In this document: piece after piece, positions 54,001 through 63,381 of the stretch
How positions within the stretch are numbered: the stretch's first letter is position 1
Layout: each line of letters opens with the position of its first letter
Source of the DNA: Trypanosoma brucei
Taxonomy: Eukaryota
Assembly: GCA_000002445.1 (NCBI GenBank)
Contig: CM000208.1
Location: 1,408,001 to 1,472,000 of the forward strand
DNA: 64,000 nt
Direction: 5' to 3'
Notes under the pieces: generated by a model
The model's database searches: none
The model's input: only the letters and a program-made list of their open reading frames with translations
Told to the model about the DNA's origin: nothing
Program-made: the position numbers and the translations under genes

Positions 54001-56269
54001 TGGATTCGAGTAATGCACCACCGAAGGCTTTTATCGCGTCGCACCACCATCTCCACTCATGCCAAGGTTGGGCAACAACCCGAGTGAATGCCACCGCGAC
54101 ACTCATTCTCGACCGTGTTTCATTGATCGTAACTGTCAACCACGACTTACGCATGGCATTACTGCATCTGCCACAATTCTCAGTCCTCCTGCCTGTACCA
54201 CATGAATACGTGTCGTCATACTCAAATAATGGAGTGGAAATGGGGCCACATATACTTACAGTTGCCTTATCAACCGTCAGTAACAGTCCATTTCGGCTTT
54301 CGCATGGTGAAGGGGTATTCGTGTAGGAGCAACATAAAGACGTCAGGCGCCCAAAGAGGTGTTGCTGAAGATGGTCTACGTACAATTGAAGCGGTTTCGG
54401 CGCGCTGACACCGCTGCTCCATACCTGCGGATAAAAAGCTGCCTCAATCGATGGAAAGCTGAGAGACAGAACGCTGATAAGTCCACCGGAATCCCTGCTT
54501 TCCCAAGACGGTGACCCCGCTAACCCCTCGGTGCGTCGCATCTGTAGAGATGACAAAAACCGTCGACCAATTACCCATTCCTCTTCAAAGTCGTCATCAA
54601 AGCATTTAACTGCTGAGGAAGTATCGTCCGCACTCTTCACCAAATAGGTACCCCTGTTAGTATTGGGGGAAGCAAACCACCATTGCGTTAACCAGGAACT
54701 GTTGCTTACAGTATTACCACTGCTATCCCCACCTCCTGTGAAGGCAGATGTATCGGTCATCGCTGCAGCAGAAACCGCTTCCGAATCAGCCCCACCAACA
54801 TATGGCTGGTTTCGCCTCATGGCATCTTCAATATAGCGTTTCTGCTGGGACATAGACCGCTTCTCTCTCCGCAGTTCAGCGTATGTCAGGCACCGAAAAA
54901 ATATAATCTGTTGGGTGTGTAACAGCTCCTCCACCGCGTTCATTCGGCTCTCCTCCTCCATTGTAAGGTGAGGCAGCCAGGCAACGCCTTGCGCTCGCTT
55001 CCATAGTGAACAGTATTCCCTCCGTAATGCACACAATTGCGTAATTTTTTTAATGAAGCGACTCCGTCCCCCTGCAGCAAGCGGTGCGGGGCAGATATCA
55101 TCAAGAATACAACGGATCGCAAACCACCACCGACGACGGGCCAACGTCACGCCCTTAACGTTTTCTTTACCATCATCGCAAAGCAAATGAAGATTCTTTC
55201 TGTACTTCAAGGACTGGAATCCGTATCGGCACGAGTCCCTTATTATGGCTAACGTTCTTAAAGCCCCAAAACAACCACGGATGGTAATCATGCTCGATGC
55301 CGTTACGGACACCTCCACTTTCCTCTCCCCTGGTCGATTTGGGGTAGCGGGGCAGTTTCCTCCCTTCATAACGAGAATATTGAAGGCAAGTTCGTCCACC
55401 TTTAAAATCTCCATATTTTCCGACCATCCCCATGATGTGTCGTTTTCTTCGTGTTGGAAGCCCTCGCTGTCAGTGGGCCCACAGTGCTTAAACGCGTGGA
55501 GGGAAAGCCGAACACCACTCATGACAACTTTTTTGCAGCAAGGCTCTGCCGGATCAATAACAAAACATTCACTCCAAGAGGTGTTGGTGGTATTGATTCG
55601 TACCTTCTCCATAACCACACTGAGGGCACTGGTGAAGCGGTGTGCAAGCCCCTCGTAGTCGAAAACGTACTTGATGCGTACATTGTGCAATGCAATGCAA
55701 ATATTTTGCTTAATAGTTTCGGTTAGTTGTTCCATGTATCCCTCAAACCCAACGAACCCACCAGAAGTAAGAAATTTCAGAGGTCCCTCCGGTATTCTTT
55801 CAGAGGGAGGGCAACTCTTCCCCGTCCTCATCTTCTCAAATGCCTTCAGTTGGCCTACTTTCACTTTCCGTGCTCGAGCCTTTTCCTCCTCCGCGTCATA
55901 AGGTGCACTGCGTAAAGGTGTGACAACAATTTCCACCGCACGCGCTTCCACCATAACTGGTTCCGCCTCCAGAGAAGTCCATGGAATTGTAATAATTAAC
56001 TCGCTCACTGTGCCTTTTAATATTCGAAAGGGTACAGGAAACGCTCCGCTACCACCATCTGTGCCCTGATTATTCATGCCGTCAAGACTTTCTTCCCCAT
56101 TGGGGAGGAGGAAATGGGTGAGTTGGTCCAGGATATTAGCACGTAGCTGAATATGCCGAAGGACCACTTCACCCGACCAGAGTGATATTTGCAGTTGCTC
56201 TTCATTCAGATCACAAACAAAGTTGTTCAAATACGTAGCAAGCAAGACGGAGAGCCGTTTCTCCAACAT
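42038..56269 (-). CDS. VPS13: VPS13-like bridge-like lipid-transfer protein (Chorein_N family), about 4,743 aa in one uninterrupted ORF
   Basis: N-terminus MLEKRLSVLLATYLNNFVCDLNEEQLQISLWSGEVVLRHIQLRANILD...FPVPFRILKGTVSELIITIPWTSLEAEPVMVEARAVEIVV matches the Chorein_N consensus of VPS13/ATG2 (MLESLVAxLLNRYLGxYVxNLDxxQLxxGIWxGxVxLxNLxLKxxAL...PFxVxxGxIGxLxLxIPWxxLxxxPVxV). The ORF is continuous for 14.2 kb with no competing same-strand ORFs. The track ORF starts at GTG 56278; the ATG is at 56269. Confidence 0.8.
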   Translation of the reverse strand: MLEKRLSVLLATYLNNFVCDLNEEQLQISLWSGEVVLRHIQLRANILDQLTHFLLPNGEESLDGMNNQGTDGGSGAFPVPFRILKGTVSELIITIPWTSLEAEPVMVEARAVEIVVTPLRSAPYDAEEEKARARKVKVGQLKAFEKMRTGKSCPPSERIPEGPLKFLTSGGFVGFEGYMEQLTETIKQNICIALHNVRIKYVFDYEGLAHRFTSALSVVMEKVRINTTNTSWSECFVIDPAEPCCKKVVMSGVRLSLHAFKHCGPTDSEGFQHEENDTSWGWSENMEILKVDELAFNILVMKGGNCPATPNRPGERKVEVSVTASSMITIRGCFGALRTLAIIRDSCRYGFQSLKYRKNLHLLCDDGKENVKGVTLARRRWWFAIRCILDDICPAPLAAGGRSRFIKKITQLCALRREYCSLWKRAQGVAWLPHLTMEEESRMNAVEELLHTQQIIFFRCLTYAELRREKRSMSQQKRYIEDAMRRNQPYVGGADSEAVSAAAMTDTSAFTGGGDSSGNTVSNSSWLTQWWFASPNTNRGTYLVKSADDTSSAVKCFDDDFEEEWVIGRRFLSSLQMRRTEGLAGSPSWESRDSGGLISVLSLSFPSIEAAFYPQVWSSGVSAPKPLQLYVDHLQQHLFGRLTSLCCSYTNTPSPCESRNGLLLTVDKATVSICGPISTPLFEYDDTYSCGTGRRTENCGRCSNAMRKSWLTVTINETRSRMSVAVAFTRVVAQPWHEWRWWCDAIKAFGGALLESTNRSCNPSKCQTAKTFSAIDICVDGVIVSVPLASAWSCQRNLTLCVNNIYLSKLGREPQVSWKLVSGVETPISIRCTGTSSVLTLWDVVVVVTFEKGVPLFGTLRAELTVEPLFFAIISDHLSNLSLLDRDTLQALLQHITENGSEWRLESDTVLSVGNSTFTFPASQCRNYLAVLYKYACDSAKWAAQALKSTNEQVPHGEVSVGAVPTQRDMLFMEGVELVIYSGRVIVQDIAGKDVGYIDLPHCMDGGEHHPSVSSLTFEGSRALRVETSISEGGKHMVAAVRSPELHVCSPCGQYMLVLENFTAKYVPYAASLSLTAVAAQVVICSSLVCCVEVLLGAYASLWRQSLSASDLAARFFGGVARAVERDGALPNDTETSTKTSSVKSVFSNQVVDVDIGRLDVRFCSEEADGIILVSVNDLVLQRSVGTEGDTTKVTKVKAYGALAGIEYMAVGGETMGPFVLFSSVKNISTRGSSSCSTFKFCSSGVSEEDTTRTHVSFDIIGGCVHIFYEYWVRLLSIYWTPSVMEMFSVFDSHYSKQGFLLASCEKVAPAKREDRRVGKSFFSARSEISGISVFVATDATQRIDFLKDDTFITLDIERITLIYNDMMKDTAGNILSRQPFRLTAELQQMRHLFTGSGSQSVMVPFISRASAVINSQMRLVPGADKEHYVHVGGGSNDLAILLNIDPSAFESAPDMVDVEHGAGGVSVGNSPTRGAIQCLKLTPRMLASFIRSFLFNFCEVCSTPKCPHSAPPDAGGSAPKMATYVLSTVSPLRCTLIEKGEDDEEAILEINTHMQLYSTNGTAGGEPSTVIRFDALSIDDATPSRRVLLPGVPHWQQQQVIHQTTKGHRRRLIELGKSSISRVTRKQRGPLSEVIVDCVFDNITVFAARHSCLALLRFVVACRTWLAEWGRTKRATHLYREGNNVVPPATTSVLNVLLRRCAVHLEEPSGEPLVVFHIPSLSGTLNVGPLERKFKVALDESASVWSYGEATDAVRVTQDSVQLNTGRYSVPALAQVGAVCLTVIEPFGGTEGACSSDLVSKEETHIHYIRTIELSAQSVCLNVDSTTLIRLLHFGVNESSAYVSIVFPNDKSGNSTCEAGPGAIISELLLSRITVVVRDALFYPKTDYEVKRVQVERLDVSSGFTVKEVTENNSGKDGPMHHFTAVYTAKITGAAVGFSQLPSLSFPNVEAQAEIPIAGALHARRVWDTTATSDNDEGEPMAFTSGTSSATAAPPSMGRLIRIGADQNVSFVISISHIRELHRTLRALASSPFFSGGFSPLSAVGTTPVCYSTKVARDTHSTGAFFSVLIYLPSFSVSLTGDDAVGRSVTDITASEAESKSITTLMVAKVDGVLALASVALPGEGKPFKGGLTFHGSFELSDGDGNVIVHWQPATGYSEVLRPLSATQRWPNSFPSDVGLQLDIMNSVSEQQVRLQIRSFVVALNSHTVDFLSWIHCIIDPMKYNGPRGNCSGEGAGFDGLRNDVTPMKELSPASFECSSYRGKQTIVKVCIKGLSLQLEQVALLNCSEVRGKFGWGTALNSSSSHSIPYEFSVRHVSVVRVKDQLAFFEVAESQVRVAGAEEVSVAARGIILNNYNVTFYICLWARMNDLWGDAGRKLHFPTKGVRTPVRSIDVTIEKVNVRLFPLANDSALCSNNGSVDLLFPAVEVKNTADRAKDCLMVKIERASLCYKSPSALFSPLAENVSFVFSLEKNLLELSRHVSMRFGNIELSAPLGDVLESCSMSVLQATLPLMGILPFMHNNEPTWTHTGESATTKTFSSDTVLFYISFLSVKLYAPQSGGEFVGWRHHVLFGVELHQLSFERERTVQRERVVARVLSITSAADSAIQSEFITAIAPENAEDSSMKRAIYIRRDVCIDYSETCREASVSPNLDSECMRPCGKLGTKVVSYVARLHALRLVVSPKLCNAISDHVLRPISVAAHRTLQTAVHWFSSCQIADRSAFQCFCGIDGSPSVALGGCGRLITISGDVCLCKDLLLGGKSGFRLRFVKGSAQGNPINTIFVRCIGSAKVILAPTSTRHHLLESLILVDSRLTVVFQDVPFIVNHGKVADYVVLGEGSFCVVPDGIPSSSHSTAHTSIFPPSLLPLNELGWCNVKVSFDVLCGVTLLLCSNNETVTVFGRTSARYEVEKKCYEGASSIVEYVGESGSVKLSPVSVRYGNSLTAVDEPSELIIDIQYHRGDRARGGISTTQVNMIVPPVCSTVPLRYLLLMGNIANLLRKAFREICSIRQLVKSCDPRCAPYSSEALGLECTGLSRTLGQDVIAHQPVFQTSFSPAGIGGLESWFEFGLVAPHVEFVITDDFTREKFVLALTGTCIRGRATRNLSRGSCKGYAALHVTSCQPNQPPCNVVSLSPEFTVEYTQHAGDGYSLQGLLMLQSVSITLPLITLARLTRPSPSRWWVGVPGFCNNTGVPLTLVTVLGPHNSQNKGNVFSEFHALPNGKLMQLSDPQRTFTSFRIVCGFVDGSDRCCSALQDAKVDVDILTLRRVTTHRIPFTDGFAGLLDIVLRYDEVNDVVNITTPVTVRNELTDHLVSVPDASCSPLVVPPKETRYMTFTCLRQPLSLLVGEEWRFDQQDEFITLELLISAFVLLSSGEHEELPLRGGLGTSTANSQEVGQKVRCRDTAFQCSGADYARRGHMRGNDVLVLPLWLTGARGPEGDQAGCEYETFGVLFSLRRKAFPVEDPTKSRLMQRCDVELCIRPMITVLNNTGGTLAVVISTRGNEFTPLDEPRFVQCGEEYNNFTRPSSGEGYSVSLSCQLPNGVRLTSSKPTPLNFSERATVGMKVCTVDGDETPVVGLVMERVEPDKFVVRVPAVLVNMLPFPIRVADKFGTPLLGEGEGKYLAPKREFPILMPLMEGKEIAQSPEAPVLIRVMIGSSTPDTSGLFACNDPMSSECIRVADGEKVHLFRARRCKEVTNNMQVAPRVCLEPMWILRNQNRALSLAVRCLGLDTIVVIPPQSSVEWTTFAAASATDPLVQVCYVHKEVGDLFVWSNKVRLLTLSTLNVPIVMKHYVSTGSTDGRDPAFRNLLNSMGVITLRSLRVPPLYGDDPIPENFACLSIVPNKRRSRFLVDFDLDGGTHIVVENRTNRLLIYEEMPHSLSGVSKAERSYIVQPFTDSVTCFESDDANAAIRLTLHGDYGYSQTCTINLDEVATACEGVKVAPDMFVLCTLDCGQQKYHISVTGDRSLESALVFRPQRILHLEVLVHTVSLYVASKCVPKTVHSLLDTPLAPFVTQNKFHFVPTTNSSFTDAQALSYIQCRELDLILMEATGIYCTASLNQRHCFGRMDVGRVAVVDCTTPEPVHPVVVLINTVDAVGAVSGNILKKPCLSLQLHVLVPERRAAIDMTSNKKKVKTIRIRSVSVKVAPVTVKVSDTFLFLLQQAACCLESEQCQMKSTEESYVTGSNVCKPSTKDELSTTELRERGAVNNYHIATLEVSPVELEFTITRRKDGLYDPFAGLFSISRFIPSVERAPLSINGISMEDINQRSNSVGCALLEALWPLYRNQLALQFPRIVGSMEVLGNPIALLSGWKRGVRSLLLGTAEMNMLKGLRDFLCTTTSSTLHSVGLISHAGSRTAANFSWDNEWLEQVSEGHHRVGDPAKKGGVLWGMGQGLRDGIAGVFSRPLNGVRTSGLTGFVTGVATGAVGLITRPVAGILGGVGNTAEFYAKVLQEPDATPNIHPHYLESGRNFKKTAVRENTAGGTLPDVDSATFSNDALPYIVGGEKSEVTCGFLEAASCESDANVRCNAVERVVGSSDMHREVCNDSVTCVDDFVSYGAYESVRRRVQQNCSASDNAERLFIESVGAHNYALRASWSSFVTQTTTEEFYRWLHVALASLIKDEIHLLVRAAPSKGYASMEQAHLRSNSSVSSEQTDQTYILRRQQARDIRKAIGTKDLLKYVSAEQFAGVCTLEEIKQNLTPEAIKKKLPPILPALVRESVRTLLIGDYHGRHASIK

Positions 56270-57109
56270 GCTATACACGGAAATTTACCCTCAAACTTTC
56301 TCAGGTTTACTCGCAGATTTAAAGCCAACGCCGTTTTTCAGACGTCTGCCACCTCCCATAACCAATTGCTGGCAACACCTTACTTCGCTTAACTAAGGCT
56401 AGTGGAGAATTTCACACGGTTTCACAGCGATGTGTCACCGTCCTTTTTTTTTCCCCCACCCTAATTTTCCTTAATGTGAGCCAGCGGATAAGACCGCTTG
56501 GAAACGAGGAGGGACTTGCTTCTTGTTTAAAAAAAAATAAAAATAAATTACAAATACCCTAAACCCACAGCTGAATCAGGGATAGGAAAGGTGATAAAAA
56601 AAAAATCAAACCCGAACAGCGAAGAATGACATGGAAAAGCAGAGGCGCAAAAGAAATGTAGGCAGGAAGAAACCGGTATGAGAGCGATCTTACATTTTGT
56701 TTTGACAAGGTATCACATGAATTTGGAGAGAAAACGCGCATCTACTTAAAAAGAGTGGTGAAAGGTGAACATGCAATTCCACACATCTCTCGTCACAAAA
56801 ACCCTAACACACGCAAAACATGGGGGAAGGCTACATCTTTGATGCCGCATGGAAAGTGGCGCCTCCCCCGGAAAAAAAAAAAACCTGCAGAAGCCAAGGT
56901 GTTCCGAAGTGAGAAAAGAGGGAAAAAAACAAAGAGAGTAACAGTTTACTTTCTGCGTTCACCGCACTTCCTGGTCCTTCATCATACATTTTCGTTACCC
57001 ATCTATTGTATTCCCAGGTTATAACAACCCCCCAAATAACAACAACTTTGCAGGCGTCATCATTCCTCTACTTCTTCCCTCCCCTCCTTAGCAGCCATTT
57101 CATGCGGTC

Positions 57110-57538
57110 TCAATTTTCCTTGGCAACACTTGCCGTGTGAAGCTGCATTGCCAACACTTCTTTGAACTTCTCAAGTGTCACGCGTCCCTCAGCATCAGCC
57201 GCCTTTTCAATAGCCTCCTCTTGTGCAGGTGGAATTCCTAATCCCTCTTCTCCCTCCGCTGTTGCTAAGTTTCTACATGTATTGCGCAACTGTGTTACAG
57301 TTACCCACCGCTGCTTAGTGACATCAATAAGATCAAACATCGTCTCGAAATCCTGTTCCGTAAAGAGAGGTGTCAGTGGGTTGCCTTTGAGTAAACTTCT
57401 GATTTCCTGCTGAAGAAACAAACGGGGATCTGCTGGTTTGTTGTAAATGAGTAACTGAAGGAAATGTGCGAACAGCTCATTGAGCCTGTGTTTCTTTACA
57501 TAGCCGCGTGTTTGCAGTTCCTGCTCATTCAACTCCAT
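57110..57538 (-). CDS. EFCAB10-like protein with N-terminal Dpy-30/RIIa-like dimerisation motif and degenerate EF-hand region
   Basis: RGYVKKHRLNELFAHFLQLLIYNKPADPRLFLQQEI matches the Dpy-30/RIIa docking motif (YLxKHxIxELLxxLxxxLxxxRPxxPxxFLxxxL). The downstream TEQDFETMFDLIDVTKQRWVTVTQLRNTCRNLA parallels EFCAB10 (AMFEMMDSSGRGTISFVQYKEALKTLGL). ATG at 57538 checked. Confidence 0.55.
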   Translation of the reverse strand: MELNEQELQTRGYVKKHRLNELFAHFLQLLIYNKPADPRLFLQQEIRSLLKGNPLTPLFTEQDFETMFDLIDVTKQRWVTVTQLRNTCRNLATAEGEEGLGIPPAQEEAIEKAADAEGRVTLEKFKEVLAMQLHTASVAKEN

Positions 57539-59648
57539 GACACTAGTTGAATAATTGAATAAATAAATAAATATACCGCTGTCACTTCTTTCTTATTCCA
57601 CAGTGTCCTCTATCGTCAACTCACTCCGTTTCGCTTCAACAGGCTATCGGGGTGAGGCTGCCGTTTTTTCCCCCTCTCTTTTGTATTAATGAATTACTTT
57701 TTCAATACGAAAACAAATACCGTACCTCGTCGGAGTTTATGCACTGATCCCCCTATTTTTGCAGATTAGTTGTAGAAGAAGTATTAAAATTAGGGCAAAA
57801 CAGGAGGGAGGAAAAAAAAACAGAAGAGAAAACCAAAAAGATAAGCGTGGCAGGCAATGGCGATAACATGATGAAACAAATAATACATTAAGGTATAAAA
57901 TGAGGATTTGCCGTAAACCGCAGCGGCGGTGGGATAACTGTCACCAACATCCCCTTCGCAAAAAAAAAAAAACAGAACCATCGACGAAGACGAAGATGAA
58001 AACAAAAACACAACAATCGTCCAAAGAGCGGCCGAATGGAAAAAGTGTTTGCGTTTGTCGAAAGGAGGGGGGGGGGGGTAAAATGGTAAAAAGGTAAAGA
58101 AGGTGGCGCCAACAGCACATATGCATTCCCACTAAATGACACAAATCCATGCACAGCAGGATATATATATATACTTTTTTAAAAAATTATATGTGTGTAG
58201 CGCCCAACGTCAGAGTTGGGTACACAACCAAGACGATACACGAAGGGAGGGGAGGGAAAAGGAAAATTAAAAAAAGAAAGAAAGAACAATCATCTAAACC
58301 TAGTAGAATAACTCTCAATAGTAACCGCTTGCGTTTCACGAATGTATAGATAGATATGAGATAACAGTGCACAAAACGATCACAATTCCCCTTTCATTGT
58401 CATTATTACTCCCGCCTCAGCGCCTGACTGGCACATTTCTCCACACCCATCAAAAGGAGCACCACAGGTTAGTTCGACGAAGCATCACAACAAACTGTAA
58501 CATCATGAGAGAGGTGCAGATTGCCGAAATGCTCCGGACCGTTTCAAAGCCAAAAATCCCATTTATTCGTTTCCTCACACGTAAATGCTACATGAACCAC
58601 CAACGCTCCCAATGTAGCACAAATCTTTTCCCACTTAATTAATAAAGGAAGAAATGACTTGCCTACTGTCCAACCCGTCTCCATATACGCACACCCACTT
58701 CCCGCGGGCGGCGCGGCAAGCAACGGATTCAAACGAGGAACGAAACGACACAAAAAATAAGAGGAACGCAGTTTTTTTCTTTTTTAATATGCTGTTTTCA
58801 GTCTTTTTTCCTTCAATCACTTTCGGTAACCCCAATCTAATATATTTTTTTCATTCCCTTTCGTTTCTCCCTCATATCACCGTATTCATTCGGGACAACC
58901 AGTACCTTCCCGATGGAATGAAACAAATAAATAGATATATGCAACACCGAACATACAATTAAAAAAAAACAAGTGGCGTGTGAATGGGATCTCTATTTCA
59001 TCTCCCATCCCTTTTTTGTTTTCTTTCTTCTGTTTCTTCTAAAGGTTTCACTTTGATCACTGCACCATCATCGATTCTTATTTACCTTCCTGGGTTTATT
59101 TCTCCTCTGACTTGCTTTCCCCCGTGCATTCCCAACCATTTATTACTTTAAAGGGAATACAACGTTAAAGAATTCGTCACGAGGCGCGGTTGCCTAACCA
59201 AAAACACACACGAAAAGAAAAAAAAACAGACGCGCACTTGATCCTCATTCTTAAATATAAACAAATGTAAATATCTGTACATATCTGTAGGTATTCGCGC
59301 ATTTGTACTCGTACGTGAACTCGTCAAGTTCTCACCAGCCGTACAAAAACAACGGAACTACCCACCATACCAACAGAAAGGAGCACACACTCCGCGGCGG
59401 CTACGAAGAAAGGAGAGTAAATAATCAAACAAAAAAAAAGTAGCCCCTTCAAAGACACCACACACTACCATCGCTCAGCACGAGAAAATGTAAATAAACG
59501 CAAACATAACTACTTTGCACACGCCTATGATATTCTCCACCATACACATGACTTTGACCATAATTTCTCTATTTGCACACAAGCGCACACATAAAAACCT
59601 ACACACAGAAATATGTTTATGTACATGCATGTCACCACTCGCGGTAAA

Positions 59649-61085
59649 TCAACGACGATGACGAAGCATGCGATGTTCCCTCTCCAATGCCATAATCGCT
59701 ACGGCCCGCTCAAGCCGCTTTTGATACTTCTCGAGTTCAGCCAGTGGGTCAACAATATCGTCTTTTGTGGTTAATCCCGTCGCTGTTGGCTCCGGAGGGT
59801 CGAGGAGCTTATGCTTCACACGATATGACCTGCTTTCCTTGAAGCGGCGTGGTGTGCTGGGGTAACGGGGTGAATGTGACATCTCTACACCACTACCCCA
59901 CGCTATAAAATCCGTATTGGAGCGGTTGGCATACGGAATATCGTTTGGGAACCTCCTTGATGGCGTGTTGTACGCCCCAACGAAACGTGCGAGGTCCTCA
60001 TGATGGCCACGGTGCGCATGTGCGCCTACACTGGAAACGGGAACAGATGCAGCGCGCGGTGTTGCTAACCGCGATGGAGCACGAGAACTGTTGTAAGAAG
60101 AGGTATGACGAGGGCTGTTGCGCCGCGGCCGCGTGGACCACATAATCCTCTCTCTCCAGCTTTCCACACTGTTACACGTTGCCGCGCCCGTTCCGCCGTC
60201 GTAACCACTACCATGCGGATTAAGTATGCTGGGGCGCGTGCTGTTGTTGGCAGACCGAGGAATCGAGTTGCCCATCGGTGGCGAGCTACGGGGAACCGGG
60301 TGGCCCGAGTACCACTGGTCCGAGTTTTTTTCCTCCGGCAAAGTTCCCTGCGTCTTCGCGTAGGAAAACGCAGTGTGGATGTTTTTACCCACCGATACAG
60401 AACGTCGAGAAGGCGTCAATGTGCGCAAAGTCACCTCCGCCATTTTGTCTTTGTCGAGCCCTGCAGCCGTCGAAGTGTACGCCGCCCTCTGGTTTATGCC
60501 GTCGGCATTCTTTAGAGGCGGTGCATCTGCCAGCCCACTGGTTGAATATCCCAATCCGAGTGCCTCATAAGATGTCATGGAGGTTTGATGTACCCTACGG
60601 GGCGATATCTTATCTGAGCATCGTGAAGAGGTTAGAGATACTGCTGCTACGTGTGTATCCTCAATGCGTGAAGCACCAGGTGGAGTAGCCGCAGGCACGC
60701 GCTCCCCATTTGTCGCAGGTTTCACATTAACAAGCACAAAGGTGCCGTCTGTTGGTGGTAACCCAGTGGAAACTGGGTTCTTAGTCGAAGGCATTGCAGT
60801 GGTGGTTTTGGGACGATGGGATGGTGGAGTCAACGATGCGGACATTTTTGGATCATTATCAGGCGTAGAAGAAAAGTCTCCGCTGAATGCATCACTCTCT
60901 ACATCTCCGTTTGCATTGACACGTGCTGCGTTAGAGATACCATGTGGGGCACGCTGGTACGCGGTACCAGCTTCCTCACTACTGTCCACGCTTGAGGAGC
61001 TCGTGTCTTGAAAAATCATAACCACTACAGGTACGATGTTACGGTTAAATGCGAAACGATATATATATATATGTTCCGTCATCAT
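59649..61085 (-). CDS. S/P/T/R-rich low-complexity (likely intrinsically disordered) hypothetical protein
   Basis: Long same-strand ORF with strongly biased composition (…SSPPMGNSIPRSANNSTRPSILNPHGSGYDGG…RRNSPRHTSSYNSSRAPSRLATPRAASVPVSS…). The track ORF starts at GTG 61130. The candidate ATGs are 61085/61082 (MMTEH…, reading through a (TA)n tract) or 61019 (MIFQDTSSSS…), so the start is uncertain. Confidence 0.45.
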   Translation of the reverse strand: MMTEHIYIYRFAFNRNIVPVVVMIFQDTSSSSVDSSEEAGTAYQRAPHGISNAARVNANGDVESDAFSGDFSSTPDNDPKMSASLTPPSHRPKTTTAMPSTKNPVSTGLPPTDGTFVLVNVKPATNGERVPAATPPGASRIEDTHVAAVSLTSSRCSDKISPRRVHQTSMTSYEALGLGYSTSGLADAPPLKNADGINQRAAYTSTAAGLDKDKMAEVTLRTLTPSRRSVSVGKNIHTAFSYAKTQGTLPEEKNSDQWYSGHPVPRSSPPMGNSIPRSANNSTRPSILNPHGSGYDGGTGAATCNSVESWRERIMWSTRPRRNSPRHTSSYNSSRAPSRLATPRAASVPVSSVGAHAHRGHHEDLARFVGAYNTPSRRFPNDIPYANRSNTDFIAWGSGVEMSHSPRYPSTPRRFKESRSYRVKHKLLDPPEPTATGLTTKDDIVDPLAELEKYQKRLERAVAIMALEREHRMLRHRR

Positions 61086-63381
61086 CAATCGTGGGAGAAA
61101 AAGAAGAAGATGTTGTTGGAATGTTATCACCAGTTGTTTTAGGTTCTACACATCAAACACAACAACGCACGCAAACAAGCGCACACAGATGCATGAACAA
61201 AAGCGCAAATGTATTTATATAAGTATATAAATATATAGATATAGATATGTATGTATGTTTATTTATTTATTTATATTCGCCTGCCATTACCGGCAGTTAA
61301 CCAACGAATGAGATAAACAGGAATACATCAGAGAGGAAGAGGGAAGGGAGATGTAAGAAATAAAACACGAAATGAAAAAAAGAAAAAGAAAACAGCCACT
61401 GTGAACAACCCACAAAGGCAATCGCACCTGATTCTCTAAGATATTCGGTAAACAGCTGTATGAAATAAAAGGTATATGGAGACAAAAAAAAAGTTATTTC
61501 TTCTGCTATCAAGGTGGAAAAAAAAAACAATATGAGAATCAGCGTAAGAAAAAATGCGAGGGGCAACAATAATATCTACTACACAGAGGACATTGAAGAG
61601 GACAAACAACAACGCTAATAGCATCATCACACGAAAAGAAAGAAGAAAAGAAAACGTGATAAGAGCACCGTAACTGATTAACCCTTTACAGCATTGAGAT
61701 AGGGTCACAAATGTAATTAAAAAGTCGACATCTCTTCACTTATTAATTCCCTTTTCCCTTCCTTCACCAAAATTTTATGGAATTTCTTTACGGTTTCGGA
61801 CTCAACACCATCAGGAAAATTTGCAAACCTGAACTGCGACTTCGGGTGATGCAAACTCGTTCGTAATAACAGTAATGATAATGATGGTAGTGGAAACAGT
61901 TTCGTTTTGGTTTTAGTTCTTGTTGTTGGCGTGTCCAAAAACGGACGCCACTTTTAGGGTTGTCAATGGCTGTGTGGTGCTGTAGAAGAAAAACAAAAGA
62001 TAGGGGTAGAAAAGAACGACAAATAAAATCAAGAAAAATTAAAAAATAATAAAAATAAAATTGAAAAGTACAGGGGTAAAATATATACATAAATATAGAA
62101 ATATAGAAAAGAGAGGTATAAATAAATATATATTTCTCCATCGCCACCACTACTTAACACCTTTGCTGGAGCGCAACGCCATCGCATCGCTCCTACATAT
62201 GATCATGATGTTTTTCTCACTAAACTTTAAAGCTTCCTCCTGCTGGTATGTTGGAAAGAGGCGGGATAGGGGAAAATTTTTTTTGTATGTTATTTTAGTA
62301 CATAACTCCAAAAACGCACTATTGTCCCCTATATTTTCCTATCATTTTTTTTCACTTCTTTTTAACGAAAAAAAAAAAAAGAAAACAGACACACAACCTT
62401 CAAGAGCACCCCTACGCCTCTTCACACGCTTTCAGTTGCTATGATATTAGTGTTTTTCCTCCTCTTTTTGTTTTGTTATTTACATTCAGTCACGTTCGTC
62501 CCACACACCCTTGACTTCGCTTGGCATGGGCATGGCTGCCAACGTCACACACAAAAAAAAAAAAGAGCTGCAAACCTTCCATATATTTTTTCTTTAAAAA
62601 AAAAAATGACAGCATTCCCTTTACTTCTCTCTTTCTCTTTTTTCTTTCTCATTTTCGTTTTTCTTTCTTTCTTTTCTTGCCAACCCTCCCGTTCCCTTCT
62701 TACCTCCCTCAAGTTCATTCGTCATTCATTTCCTTCAATGTGTTTCGCAACGCACGGTCATGTGTACATAATGTTTATTTCCCCCAGTTTTTAATGACAA
62801 GAAAGCGAAAAGGGGAAGGGGGAAAAAAAGAGAAGGACTACGGGCGGGTACGTCCTCCTTTCCTCCCCTCTTTTCCATTTCACTTGCTTCTTTTAGCGTT
62901 GCTTGCTGCGTTAGGTAAAAACACAAAACGTTCGCATGGAAACGCGAGAGGGGTCCAAACCACACACGAAATAAAGTGGAGAAAAGCAAGAGATAATGTG
63001 GGCAAAGTCCCTTAACATATATTGCTCGACGCCTATTTCCGCTTATGCGTCCCGCTGTCCTGATCTGACTTTCTCGACTTTCCTCGAAACACACGCAAAA
63101 AGAAAAAAAAAAGAAAAAAAACCAACGCACTAGTATCCTCACGTCTGGATCAGCGTAGTTGCATGTGGTTTCTCCTTTTTCATTCTCCACTGCAACCCTT
63201 ACCCCTTTATTGCGATTCACAGCCCTCATGGTGGCGAAATCCTCCGCGCGTCACTCCCAATACCCCACCTTAAGAAGGAAAAAAAAATGTTTCTTCACTT
63301 GTGACTCACCATCTACACCAACAAAAAGTGAAAACGTATTTCCACGCTACAATAATGTTAGAAACAGTGCAAAAGTCAATT

